A DNA stretch of 64,000 nucleotides from positions 192,001 to 256,000 of the forward strand of contig CBFIDD010000003.1 in NCBI GenBank assembly GCA_965661285.1, in the 5' to 3' direction. Every line of letters begins with the position of its first letter. Position 1 is the first letter of the stretch. This DNA is from Poseidonia sp. GTDB taxonomy: Archaea > Thermoplasmatota > Poseidoniia > Poseidoniales > Poseidoniaceae. A program made the translations under genes and the position numbers. This document shows, piece after piece, positions 7,930-17,054 of the stretch. The notes below the pieces were generated by a model. That model did no database searches. It was not told where the DNA came from and worked only from the letters and a program-made list of their open reading frames with translations.

Positions 7930-10089
7930 ATGAAGAAGGCGATGTCCGGTTTTGACCTTCGCGTCATGGCACGCGAACTGGACGCACTGAAAGGCGCCTA
8001 TGTCAAAAAAGCCTACATGCCGCACTACGAACAAATCGTGCTTCGCGTGAATCCGAAAGAAGCCGACCAACGGGACATCGTGTTCGTCCGGGGCGCCCGC
8101 ATCTACACCGCACAACGAGACCGTCCGATGCCCATGACCCCTCCACCGTTTGCGATGGTGCTTCGAAAACATCTGCGAAACGCCCGATTAACCGGCGTTC
8201 AGCAGGTTGGTTTTGACCGTGTACTGGCGTTTTCATTCGACACAAAAAACGGGCAACGAACGCTGTACGTCGAGGTGTTCCGAGATGGAAACATCATCCT
8301 GGTGGACGAAGGAGGTGTCATCATTCAACCCTTAACCCACGCTTCGTATGCCGGTCGCACCCTCAAGAAGGGGGTTGAATACTCGCCTCCACCGCCTGCG
8401 ATGGACCCGTACCAACTGGATGAAGAAGCCCTCAAGCGGTTGTTGGAAGCATCGGACAGAGACCTGGTTTCCACCCTGGGTGGGAAGGTCAACCTCGGAG
8501 CAACCCATGCCAACGCCGTCTGTGCAGTGGCCAAGCACGAACCGAATTCTCCCCCACAAGAAGCGGACGCCGCAGCGGTTTACGAGGCACTGCATCTCTT
8601 GCTGACCCAACTCGACGAGAGCCAGCTCGGCCACGTCGTGCTGAAACTCCAAGAGGACGACGCAGAGGATTGGAAGAGCCATTACGATGGCCTCCCGGCC
8701 GGAGATCAACAGGTATGGTTGGAGAAACGGGCGGTGGAAGTCACCCCGATTTTACTGCCACAACACGCCGATATGGCACAGGTAAGTTTTGATTCACTTT
8801 GCGAAGCCATCGATGCTTGGAAAGGCGTTCATGACGCTCATGCCCTCCAGCGGCGAGAGGAAGAGCGGTTTGAACAAGCAGGACCGGGACGAGGCCAATC
8901 CACCGAGGTTGAGCGTTTGGAGCGACGGAAAGCGCAACAAGAAAAGGCGCTGTCCGGTTTTGCTGTCAAAATTGAGAAGCAACAGCGTCTGGGCCACCTT
9001 ATCCAAGAGCATTGGGGGCACGTTGAAGGCTTGCTTGAACAAACCAAAGAAGCCGTGGAGCGAGACGGATGGAGTGCGGTTCGAAAGGCCATCAAAGCCA
9101 TTCCGTGGATCCTCAGTGCATCCCCCGCAGAGCGGACCATCACCGCGGTTCTTCCCGATGACGAAGGGGAAGCGAAGGGGCCACAGGTGGTGCTCGAACT
9201 CGACGCATCCGTTCATCAAAACGCTCAGCGCTATTTCGAATCCGCGCGCAAGCAGAAAAACAAGACATCGGGGGCCGTTCAAGCCCTGGAGGAGACGGAA
9301 CGGAAGCTCAAACGAGCCCGTAAAAATGAGGCGAAGCAGAAGGCCAGTGGCAAACTCAACCGATTGAAACGGAGCAAACGCATGTGGTTCGAGCAACACC
9401 GCTGGGGCATGGTCGAGGGAGGTCACCTCATTGTGGGCGGGAAGGATGCCAAGGGGAATGACGCCGTGGTGAAGAAACACCTGTCCGGGGAGGACATGTA
9501 CCTTCACGCCGACCTTCACGGAGCGCCGTCTTGCAGTTTACGAGCAAGCCAGGGTTTTGCGCTTGAGGAGCGCCGACCATCGCACCTTCCCAGCGACATT
9601 CCTGCCTTCCGTTTGGTCGACAAATTGGAAACGCCGCACATCGACGAGGGCAAACTCCAGCAGGCCGCCGTTCTGGCGCTCTCTTGGAGTCGTGCATGGA
9701 ACGGAGGGGGCGCCCATGGCACGGTCTATAGCGTCAAACCGGCGCAGGTTTCCAAATCTGCTCAGACGGGTGAATTCGTCGGCAAAGGAGCCTTTGTCAT
9801 CCGAGGCCAGCGCACATGGTACAAGGACATGGATGTCCGCATCGGCATCGGCATCATCGCCGTGAACGGCGTACCCATGGTGGTCACGGGTACGCCCGAA
9901 CACATTCAGAACATGTGTCCTCGCTACGCCGTTTTGACGCCGGGTATGACGAAAAAAGACCAGTTGGCCAACAAGATTTACCGCAATACAGGCCTTTCAA
10001 CCGACGACCTTCTGGCCGTTCTTCCCGGAGCCTGTGATGTGATTGAGGAACACGGTATGCTCACACCTCCTTCTTCGGAAGAGGAATGA
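7930..10089 (+). CDS. rqcH: Ribosome quality-control protein Rqc2/RqcH (NEMF/NFACT family)
   Basis: MSGFDL, FAMVLRKHL, QVGFDRV, GNIILVD, NAQRYFE, GGKDAKGND, HADLHGAPS, VSKSAQTGEFVGKGAFVIRG. Confidence 0.92.
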   Translation: MKKAMSGFDLRVMARELDALKGAYVKKAYMPHYEQIVLRVNPKEADQRDIVFVRGARIYTAQRDRPMPMTPPPFAMVLRKHLRNARLTGVQQVGFDRVLAFSFDTKNGQRTLYVEVFRDGNIILVDEGGVIIQPLTHASYAGRTLKKGVEYSPPPPAMDPYQLDEEALKRLLEASDRDLVSTLGGKVNLGATHANAVCAVAKHEPNSPPQEADAAAVYEALHLLLTQLDESQLGHVVLKLQEDDAEDWKSHYDGLPAGDQQVWLEKRAVEVTPILLPQHADMAQVSFDSLCEAIDAWKGVHDAHALQRREEERFEQAGPGRGQSTEVERLERRKAQQEKALSGFAVKIEKQQRLGHLIQEHWGHVEGLLEQTKEAVERDGWSAVRKAIKAIPWILSASPAERTITAVLPDDEGEAKGPQVVLELDASVHQNAQRYFESARKQKNKTSGAVQALEETERKLKRARKNEAKQKASGKLNRLKRSKRMWFEQHRWGMVEGGHLIVGGKDAKGNDAVVKKHLSGEDMYLHADLHGAPSCSLRASQGFALEERRPSHLPSDIPAFRLVDKLETPHIDEGKLQQAAVLALSWSRAWNGGGAHGTVYSVKPAQVSKSAQTGEFVGKGAFVIRGQRTWYKDMDVRIGIGIIAVNGVPMVVTGTPEHIQNMCPRYAVLTPGMTKKDQLANKIYRNTGLSTDDLLAVLPGACDVIEEHGMLTPPSSEEE

Positions 10090-10144
10090 AGGGGCAGGGA
10101 CAACCGACCCATGCCTTCATGACATCACCCGGCGTGGGGACTTC

Positions 10145-10471
10145 ATGCGATTTTACCACAACCCTCGATGTTCAAAATCCAGGCAAGCCCTCGCGTTGTT
10201 GGAAGAACACGGGGCTGCGATTGAGATCATCCGCTATCTTGACACGGGCGTCCTCGAAGAAGACCTGCCCGTTCTTGCCCAACTTGACAACATCGTCCGC
10301 AAAAAGGAGGCAGGTGCGGAGGCTCTCGCAAACCTCGACGGACCCGACGACATCGCAGCGTTGTTGCGCATCAACCCCCGAGCGCTCGAGCGCCCCGTTC
10401 TCATCGTTGACGGCAAAGCCGCCATCGGTCGGCCTCCGGAGAACGTTCTGGAACTTCTCAAGCGCCAGTAA
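10145..10471 (+). CDS. arsC: ArsC/Spx-family arsenate reductase-like protein
   Basis: YHNPRCSKSR, LERP and IGRPPENV motifs; start moved to ATG 10145. Confidence 0.85.
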   Translation: MRFYHNPRCSKSRQALALLEEHGAAIEIIRYLDTGVLEEDLPVLAQLDNIVRKKEAGAEALANLDGPDDIAALLRINPRALERPVLIVDGKAAIGRPPENVLELLKRQ

Positions 10472-10478
10472 GACGGCT

Positions 10479-11672
10479 CTATGGACGGCGCACGTACATG
10501 GCCACGGCGTTGCCGCCTCCCAAGCACAACGTGACGATACCCGAGGTGGCCTCCAGACGTCGCATGACGCCCAGCATCGTGATGAGGCAGCGTGTTCCAC
10601 TGGCCCCGAGCGGGTGACCCAAACTCACGGCACCCCCGTGAAGATTGAACCGGTCGTCGGGTATGCCAACTTCCTGAGCGACAGCACACGAAGCCGATGC
10701 AAAGGCCTCGTTGTGTTCGTAAACATCAACGTCCAGAACATCCAACCCGTTTCGCTCAAGCAGCGTCTTCACCGCCGGGATGGGAGCACTCATGACGCGA
10801 GCAGGCTCCACACCCGAGGTGCAGTAGTCCTCAATGGTCGCCAAAATCTCCCAGCCTTGGGCCTTCGCGAATTCGGCATCGGCGACCAACACCGCACTCG
10901 CACCGTCGTTGAGGGTGCTGGCGTTGCCTGCGGTGACGGCCCCGTTTTTGTCAAATACAGGGCGGAGCCCGGCAAGCGACTCGGCGGTGGTCGCACCGCG
11001 CACACCTTCGTCGGTGGAAAACACGACAGGGTCACCACGACGTTGAGGGACCTCAACGCTGAACGTCTCCCAGTCGAACCAACCGTTCTCCCAAGCCGTT
11101 GCAGCCCGTTGCTGGCTTCGAGCAGCGAATCCGTCCATGGTGGCGCGGTCGATGTTGCATTCCTTGGCCACCGTTTCACCGGTCGTGCCCATGTGAACGT
11201 CGTTGTAAACATCCCACAAACCGTCGTGAATCATCGAATCGACCAGCGTCGAATTACCCATTTTCGCACCTTTGCGCTGACCCATCAGGAGTTGAGGTGC
11301 GTTGCTCATGCTTTCCATGCCTCCGGCGATGATGGCCTTGTACTCTCCTGCCCGAATGCTGTTGGCGGCCATCATGGCGGCTTTGAGTGAGGACCCACAG
11401 ACCTTGTTCACGGTCACGCAGGGAGTTGAGACAGGAAGCCCCGCTCCCAACGCCACTTGGCGAGCGGGATTTTGACCCGCTCCTGCCTGCAGAACCTGCC
11501 CGAAGATGACCTCGTCGATGATGCCGCTTTCGGGCTTGACGCCGGCCCTTTGAAGGAGTTCGTTCACCGAAAGGATGCCCAAATCCACCGCTCGCATGGA
11601 CGAAAGCGTTCCCATGAATTTCCCAATCGGGGTCCTTGCGACCGCACAGATGACAGCCTTCGGTTGACTCAT
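10479..11672 (-). CDS. Acetyl-CoA C-acetyltransferase (thiolase)
   Basis: ARTPIG, NKVCGS, GGMESMS, NEAFA, GHPLGASG, LCLGGG. Confidence 0.95.
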   Translation of the reverse strand: MSQPKAVICAVARTPIGKFMGTLSSMRAVDLGILSVNELLQRAGVKPESGIIDEVIFGQVLQAGAGQNPARQVALGAGLPVSTPCVTVNKVCGSSLKAAMMAANSIRAGEYKAIIAGGMESMSNAPQLLMGQRKGAKMGNSTLVDSMIHDGLWDVYNDVHMGTTGETVAKECNIDRATMDGFAARSQQRAATAWENGWFDWETFSVEVPQRRGDPVVFSTDEGVRGATTAESLAGLRPVFDKNGAVTAGNASTLNDGASAVLVADAEFAKAQGWEILATIEDYCTSGVEPARVMSAPIPAVKTLLERNGLDVLDVDVYEHNEAFASASCAVAQEVGIPDDRFNLHGGAVSLGHPLGASGTRCLITMLGVMRRLEATSGIVTLCLGGGNAVAMYVRRP

Positions 11673-11764
11673 GGGCAGGGGATATCGGTTCACCCCTTCA
11701 ACCTGACCTCGTCCCATCCTCGCCGTGAGGAAGGGTTGATGAAGACCACGCACTGGCGAGAAAC

Positions 11765-12589
11765 ATGGCGAAATTCAAAACAGAACTCAACCTTCACCGA
11801 GCCAACGATGAGATGCGCACCCCCGAGGTGACCCTGAACTTCACCCCCAACGCGCTCGCTTCGGTACTCTACAAGCAAGGCGATACGGTCATTCTGGCCT
11901 GTTGCACCAAGGAAGCTCGACTCCCCGGATGGTTCCCCAGAGACGCCACCAAAGGCTGGGTGCACGCCGAATACTCGCTTCTCCCAGGCTCCACCGATTC
12001 CCGTTTCCGTCGCGAGCGCCGCGGTGCAAAGGGAAGAACGCAGGAAATCGAACGCCTCATCGCTCGCTCCCTGCGAGCGGCTGTTGACCTCGACGCCCTC
12101 GGACCGATTGCATTGAACGTTGACTGCGACGTCCTGAACGCTGATGGAGGCACCCGATGCGCCTCCATCACGGCGGCCAACATCGCGCTCCGCTTGGCCG
12201 TTCGAAGGCTGATCGCTCAAGGCATCTGTCTGCCCGCCGACCTGCGACCTACCCCCGAACAACGCAAAGAAGGATGGACGCCTCCGACCCTTGATGCACT
12301 CGAGCGAGAGAACCACGAGAACACGGTCATCCCTCACGACCTTGCTGCTGTCTCGGTAGGCCTGCTCAACGGTGAAGTCTACCTCGATTTGGATTACGTG
12401 CTTGATTCAAATGCTGATGTCGATATGAACATCATTAAGACCAGCGACGGAAGGTACGTTGAAGTCCAGGGAACCGGCGAAGAATCCACCTTCTCTGCCG
12501 ATGAATTGTCAGCATTGCTTTCCGGAGCAGACAAGGGACTCGACGCCCTGTTCGCCTTCCAAAAGCAAGCGCTTGACGGTGCGCAATGA
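11765..12589 (+). CDS. rph: Ribonuclease PH (bacterial-type tRNA nucleotidyltransferase)
   Basis: GWVHAEYSLLPGST, GRTQEIERLIARSLRA, DCDVLNADGGTRCASIT, DLDYVLDS, EVQGTGE. Confidence 0.9.
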   Translation: MAKFKTELNLHRANDEMRTPEVTLNFTPNALASVLYKQGDTVILACCTKEARLPGWFPRDATKGWVHAEYSLLPGSTDSRFRRERRGAKGRTQEIERLIARSLRAAVDLDALGPIALNVDCDVLNADGGTRCASITAANIALRLAVRRLIAQGICLPADLRPTPEQRKEGWTPPTLDALERENHENTVIPHDLAAVSVGLLNGEVYLDLDYVLDSNADVDMNIIKTSDGRYVEVQGTGEESTFSADELSALLSGADKGLDALFAFQKQALDGAQ

Positions 12590-12676
12590 TCCTGAGAAGG
12601 CTCGTTGGGCTCATCTGAGCCGCCAATCGTTCCATCGGAAGGCTTGATATGGCGAGGGCTTTGGCCAACCTTGCAC

Positions 12677-12752
12677 GGGTTAGTAGCTTAGTTGGGAGAG
12701 CGCGGCACTGAAGATGCCGAGGTCGCTGGTTCAAGTCCGGCCTAACCCACCA
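12677..12752 (+). tRNA. tRNA-Phe(GAA)
   Basis: GGGTTAG/CTAACCC acceptor stem plus ACCA; anticodon arm CGGCA-CTGAAGA-TGCCG (G37); GTTCAAGTC T-loop. Confidence 0.95.
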
Positions 12753-12872
12753 ACATCTTCTGGTTCAGCAAAGCCTGTGTGGATTTCTTGAATCTATAGA
12801 ACAAGAGATAGGGCATCAGCCGCCTTGGGATTGAGGAAAAGGATTCTTGAACTTGAGTAGGTATGCCTCACC

Positions 12873-14993
12873 ATGGCGAAGGAGACCGACTCGGCTTCCG
12901 ACGCCAAAGAGTCCCCTGAAGAGCAGAGCAAGGCAATGGACAAGCAGGCAAAAGAACTGCAGGAAATTCGCCAGCGACGCAGCGGCGATGGCAAGCGGTT
13001 TCTCTCCAAAATTGAAGACTTCGTTTTGATGGGCGGCATCGCTTACGGGATGTTGTTCGCCATCCTTCTGTTTTCCATGTCGTCGGGCATGCTCGGCAAC
13101 TCGACCAGCCTCGATCATACGGCTTCAACCACCTTCCTCGATATCGGCGACGAATGCACAGAAATCACCGACGAGCCATGGCTCAACATCTTCCCCGACC
13201 CCGACCAAGAATTGTTTTCGCTGGCTGGTCACAACCTGCCGAACGGTGAAGCCTATCTCAGCTACACCTACGTCGCTGTCCCGGATGAGGGGCCCAGGGC
13301 GGTCGTCGCAGAGGACTACGGTTCAAACGAGACCGTGCGAAGCATCAACAAAGTTGACCAGTCCCAAGGACGTGCTTCCTTCAAGGCACCCTATTCCGAG
13401 CTTCCCGAAGGACACTACGAACTAAATTTCAGGATAACTGTCTACGAAGAGCGCAACCTGTCATCAAACATCACGATGGAGCCGATTTCGAAGACCATCA
13501 TGTTTGAGCACACGATCTCAACGGAAACGCTTGCCTTCTTGCCCTTTGTCGACGACGAAGAACACTCGGAGGTCAGGATTGAAGATGCCGGACCTCGCTC
13601 ATGCTGGACGGTTCAGGACCTTGGCGATTGGGGCTACATTCTGATGGGAGCCGAACTCGGCGGGGGCCGTGAAACCGCCATGCTCACGGGTGGTGCTGCC
13701 GGGATTCCTGCGTGGTGGATGGCGTTCATTTCGCTCTCCCTCTCCATCATCTCGTTGCTCATCATCTACCCTGTTATGTACAAGGTCTACCACCAAGAGG
13801 CCGACGATATCCTGTCTCGTAGCCACATTGTTCGTTTGGTTGAGGACACCGTTCACGCCATTGGAGACCAACTCGGGATTGACATCGACCATGACCTGTT
13901 CAAAACCGAGGTCCGGGAACTCTCCATCGACATCATGGTGCCCTACAAAAACACCGAAAACACCCTTTCAGACTCAACCGAAGTACGAGCAGATCTGCTT
14001 CGGGCACTCCTCGAGGAATTTGCCATCTTCCGCGTCTTCAAACCTGTCCAGTTGAACGTACGAGTGATTGGAGACGGTCAGATGGTCGATTTTGATTCAG
14101 GGGTTGGCGTCGGTTCCAGAGGAGAAGAAAAGGACCTCAAGGAAGAACAACAGGACTATTCGAGTTTCTTCTCTGAGTTGCACTCCCTGTCGAGAATTGA
14201 AGACGATGTGCGAGACAGTCTGGACCTGTTCTTCACCCGACGTCCCGATGTGGAGATGACGGGCGCCGTGGTCACCAGCGACGACCGCGTGGTGTTCGTT
14301 TCGGTGATTTTCCGGCCGACACAACGCTTTGCTTGGTTGAGATTCAACAAAACCTCCACCCAAATAAAAGACGAACTCTATCGCTTCATTCACGAACGAA
14401 ACGCTGACCTCCTCGGGTCCCAGGAATTGGTGGTCAAAACCCGAAACGAGGTATCGACCCTCGCTGACCGCTCGGGAGCGGGTCGTGTGGAGCGCAGGTC
14501 GCAAAAAGACGACGAACGCGTCGTGGCGGTCGCCAAACAAGACGGTTTGGGCGGTAGGGTGCTTCAAACCAAATTTTTGGGTGACACCCTTTCCACGGTG
14601 GAATACATGGCCAACGAGAAACGTGAGATGATCAACAAGTGGGGCTTTTGGGGACTCATACTCTTCGTATGGATTCCGTTCATGGCTTCCGGCGTGTTGG
14701 TCGGGGCGATGCTGGGGTTGCTCTCACGCATGCAGTTTATGCGCGTGCTCCTGGCCACCCTTATCGGGGGTTCCATCGCTTCAGTCACGTGGGCGTACAC
14801 GGCTGAAGGTATTGTGAAATTCATGCATCAATACAAGCTTGAAGTGTTCATTCCGCTGGTCATTGCTGTGTTTATTCTCATGGCCTTCCTGCACATCCGT
14901 TCCACAAAATTGCGCCGTCAGACCGAATTGTTCGAGGACACCCTCCTTGACAACTTTCATGCCGACATCGTGGCGAAATACGGCGATCAGTAG
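12873..14993 (+). CDS. Multi-domain membrane protein with C-terminal small multidrug-export (COG2426-like) domain
   Basis: N-terminal TM, beta-rich external region, second TM, soluble region, then KWGFWGLILFVWIPFMASGVLVGAMLG. Confidence 0.7.
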   Translation: MAKETDSASDAKESPEEQSKAMDKQAKELQEIRQRRSGDGKRFLSKIEDFVLMGGIAYGMLFAILLFSMSSGMLGNSTSLDHTASTTFLDIGDECTEITDEPWLNIFPDPDQELFSLAGHNLPNGEAYLSYTYVAVPDEGPRAVVAEDYGSNETVRSINKVDQSQGRASFKAPYSELPEGHYELNFRITVYEERNLSSNITMEPISKTIMFEHTISTETLAFLPFVDDEEHSEVRIEDAGPRSCWTVQDLGDWGYILMGAELGGGRETAMLTGGAAGIPAWWMAFISLSLSIISLLIIYPVMYKVYHQEADDILSRSHIVRLVEDTVHAIGDQLGIDIDHDLFKTEVRELSIDIMVPYKNTENTLSDSTEVRADLLRALLEEFAIFRVFKPVQLNVRVIGDGQMVDFDSGVGVGSRGEEKDLKEEQQDYSSFFSELHSLSRIEDDVRDSLDLFFTRRPDVEMTGAVVTSDDRVVFVSVIFRPTQRFAWLRFNKTSTQIKDELYRFIHERNADLLGSQELVVKTRNEVSTLADRSGAGRVERRSQKDDERVVAVAKQDGLGGRVLQTKFLGDTLSTVEYMANEKREMINKWGFWGLILFVWIPFMASGVLVGAMLGLLSRMQFMRVLLATLIGGSIASVTWAYTAEGIVKFMHQYKLEVFIPLVIAVFILMAFLHIRSTKLRRQTELFEDTLLDNFHADIVAKYGDQ

Positions 14994-15001
14994 GTGATGC
15001 C

Positions 15002-15595
15002 ATGCAGGCCAGTACCGACTTTTCAGGAACCGATGATCACGTCGGCGACCTCGTTTGTTTGGGCATCGTCACGGTCAGTGACCGAGCCAGCAGAGGCGAA
15101 TACGCCGATGAGGGCGGGCCCGCCATTTTGGGGTTTTTCGAAGAGGCCATCAAGAGTCCGTGGACGGCCCACTATCGCTGCGTTCCCGACGAGCGAAACG
15201 CTGTGCAAGCAGCCCTGTGCCAACTTGTGGACGAGGTTGGCTGTCACGTGGTCGTCACCACCGGCGGCACCGGCCCGGCACTCCGAGACATTACGCCAGA
15301 GGCGACCGAGGCGGTCTGCGACCGCATGATGCCGGGGTTTGGTGAACAAATGCGAAACATTTCCCTGGCCTTCGTCCCGACAGCCATCCTTTCCCGCCAG
15401 GTTGGCGGACTTCGAGGCCAGAGCCTGGTGTTCAACCTCCCCGGTCGGCCAAAAGCCATCAGAGAAACCATTGACGAAATTTGGCGAGCCGTGCCGTATT
15501 GTGTTGACTTGATGAACGGGCCCTACATGGACATGAATCCGGCTGTATGCGACGCCTTTAGACCAAAATCCGCCCGCCGCACTTCTTCAGCGTAG
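15002..15595 (+). CDS. mog: Molybdopterin adenylyltransferase
   Basis: VSDRASRGEYADEGGP, TTGGTGPALRDITPEAT, MPGFGEQMR, NLPGRPKAI. Confidence 0.93.
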   Translation: MQASTDFSGTDDHVGDLVCLGIVTVSDRASRGEYADEGGPAILGFFEEAIKSPWTAHYRCVPDERNAVQAALCQLVDEVGCHVVVTTGGTGPALRDITPEATEAVCDRMMPGFGEQMRNISLAFVPTAILSRQVGGLRGQSLVFNLPGRPKAIRETIDEIWRAVPYCVDLMNGPYMDMNPAVCDAFRPKSARRTSSA

Positions 15596-15638
15596 CACAG
15601 CATATTCATGAGCCTCTCCGCGCTGGAATGAGACGAGG

Positions 15639-17054
15639 ATGAACATGGAAGGCAATCTCTTAATTCACGGCGCAACGATGGTCCTGCCCAACGAAACAGG
15701 TGTTGGCGACTTGAGAATTCGCAACGGCGTTATTGAGGCCGTCGCCCTCGGTGAGACCCTCAAACCCCTCGACGACGAACTCTTCATCGACGGGAGAGGC
15801 CTCCATCTCCTGCCCGGCATCATTGACCCACAATGCCACTTCAGGGACCCCGGTCAGCCCGAAAAAGAAGATTTAGGTTCGGGCTCAGCCGCTGCTGTCA
15901 GCGGCGGCGTCACTTCATTTTTGGACATGCCGAACAACAAACCTTCCATCACCGACATGGAGGGCATGAAGGGGAAACTCAAGACGGCGTCTGAAAAGTG
16001 CGTCAACAATTATGGCTTCTTCATCGGCGCCACACCGAACAACGTACCCGACCTCCAAGAAGCCGTAGGAACACCCGACGCACCGATGGCCGTTCCTGGC
16101 ATCTGTGGTATCAAGATCTTCATGGGCTCTTCAACCGGAACGCTGCTGGTCAACGAGCGAGAAGCACTCGAAGCCATCTTCGAGGGCACGGGTGGTCTTA
16201 TTGCGGTCCATGCAGAAGATGAAAAACGCATGATTGAGCGACGTGAGGGTATCAAAGGCCGAACGGACATCGCTGCTCACGCCGAATGGCGAGATGACAT
16301 CACCGCACTTCTCGCGACCCAACTGGCCGTTGAGTTGGCTCAGGAATCCGGACACCGATTGCATGTTCTTCACCTCACAAGCGGCATTGAAGCCGACTGG
16401 TTGAATGGCATCACTACATTGCCCTCGCAGGCCGACAAGGACACTGCCATCATCACAACAGAAACCCTCCCGCAGCACTTGACGTTCGATGAGACGGATG
16501 TTGCTCGCGAAGGAACCAGATTGCAGATGAATCCCCCGATTCGATACAAAAAGGACCGGGAAACCCTGTGGAAACAACTCAAGCAGGGGACCATCCAGTG
16601 CATTGCAACCGACCACGCACCTCATACGCTGGAAGCCAAGAGCGCAGGTTTCCCACATGCCCCTAGCGGCATGCCGGGGGTTGAAACTTCACTGGCAGTG
16701 ATGCTCACCCACGCCCGAGACGGTGCATGCAACATCGAAGATGTGGCCAAATGGATGTCAACCAACGTTGCGGACTGCTTCAACATGGTTGGAAAAGGGG
16801 CGCTGGAACAGGGGATGGACGGAGACGTCGTCTTGGTTGACATGGAAAACGCACGAGAGGTTACCGACGAACATTCGTGGACCCGAGTGGGTTGGAACCC
16901 CTTCCGCGGACGCTCCCTAGTGGGTTGGGCTCAGGTCACTGTCGTGGCGGGTGTGCCCGTGTTTGAGCGAACCGAAGCCACCGGACCCAAAGGAGCGATC
17001 TTGGTTGAGCCAGGCGCAGTGGGTGAACCCATCGTGATGGCGCCGTGGCGTTAG
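15639..17054 (+). CDS. pyrC: Dihydroorotase (amidohydrolase family)
   Basis: PGIIDPQCHFRDPG, DMPNNKP, KIFMGSS, VHAEDE, MNPPIR, ATDHAPH, PSGMPGVET. Confidence 0.85.
   Translation: MNMEGNLLIHGATMVLPNETGVGDLRIRNGVIEAVALGETLKPLDDELFIDGRGLHLLPGIIDPQCHFRDPGQPEKEDLGSGSAAAVSGGVTSFLDMPNNKPSITDMEGMKGKLKTASEKCVNNYGFFIGATPNNVPDLQEAVGTPDAPMAVPGICGIKIFMGSSTGTLLVNEREALEAIFEGTGGLIAVHAEDEKRMIERREGIKGRTDIAAHAEWRDDITALLATQLAVELAQESGHRLHVLHLTSGIEADWLNGITTLPSQADKDTAIITTETLPQHLTFDETDVAREGTRLQMNPPIRYKKDRETLWKQLKQGTIQCIATDHAPHTLEAKSAGFPHAPSGMPGVETSLAVMLTHARDGACNIEDVAKWMSTNVADCFNMVGKGALEQGMDGDVVLVDMENAREVTDEHSWTRVGWNPFRGRSLVGWAQVTVVAGVPVFERTEATGPKGAILVEPGAVGEPIVMAPWR

Noticed and set aside
10086-11390. 434-aa plus-strand ORF
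   Set aside because: Antisense shadow of the thiolase with no recognisable motifs.
12677-12872. tRNA-anchored integrative element (also at tRNA-Gln)
   Set aside because: No integrase, no duplicated tRNA 3' end noticed, and no compositional shift in the flanking genes.
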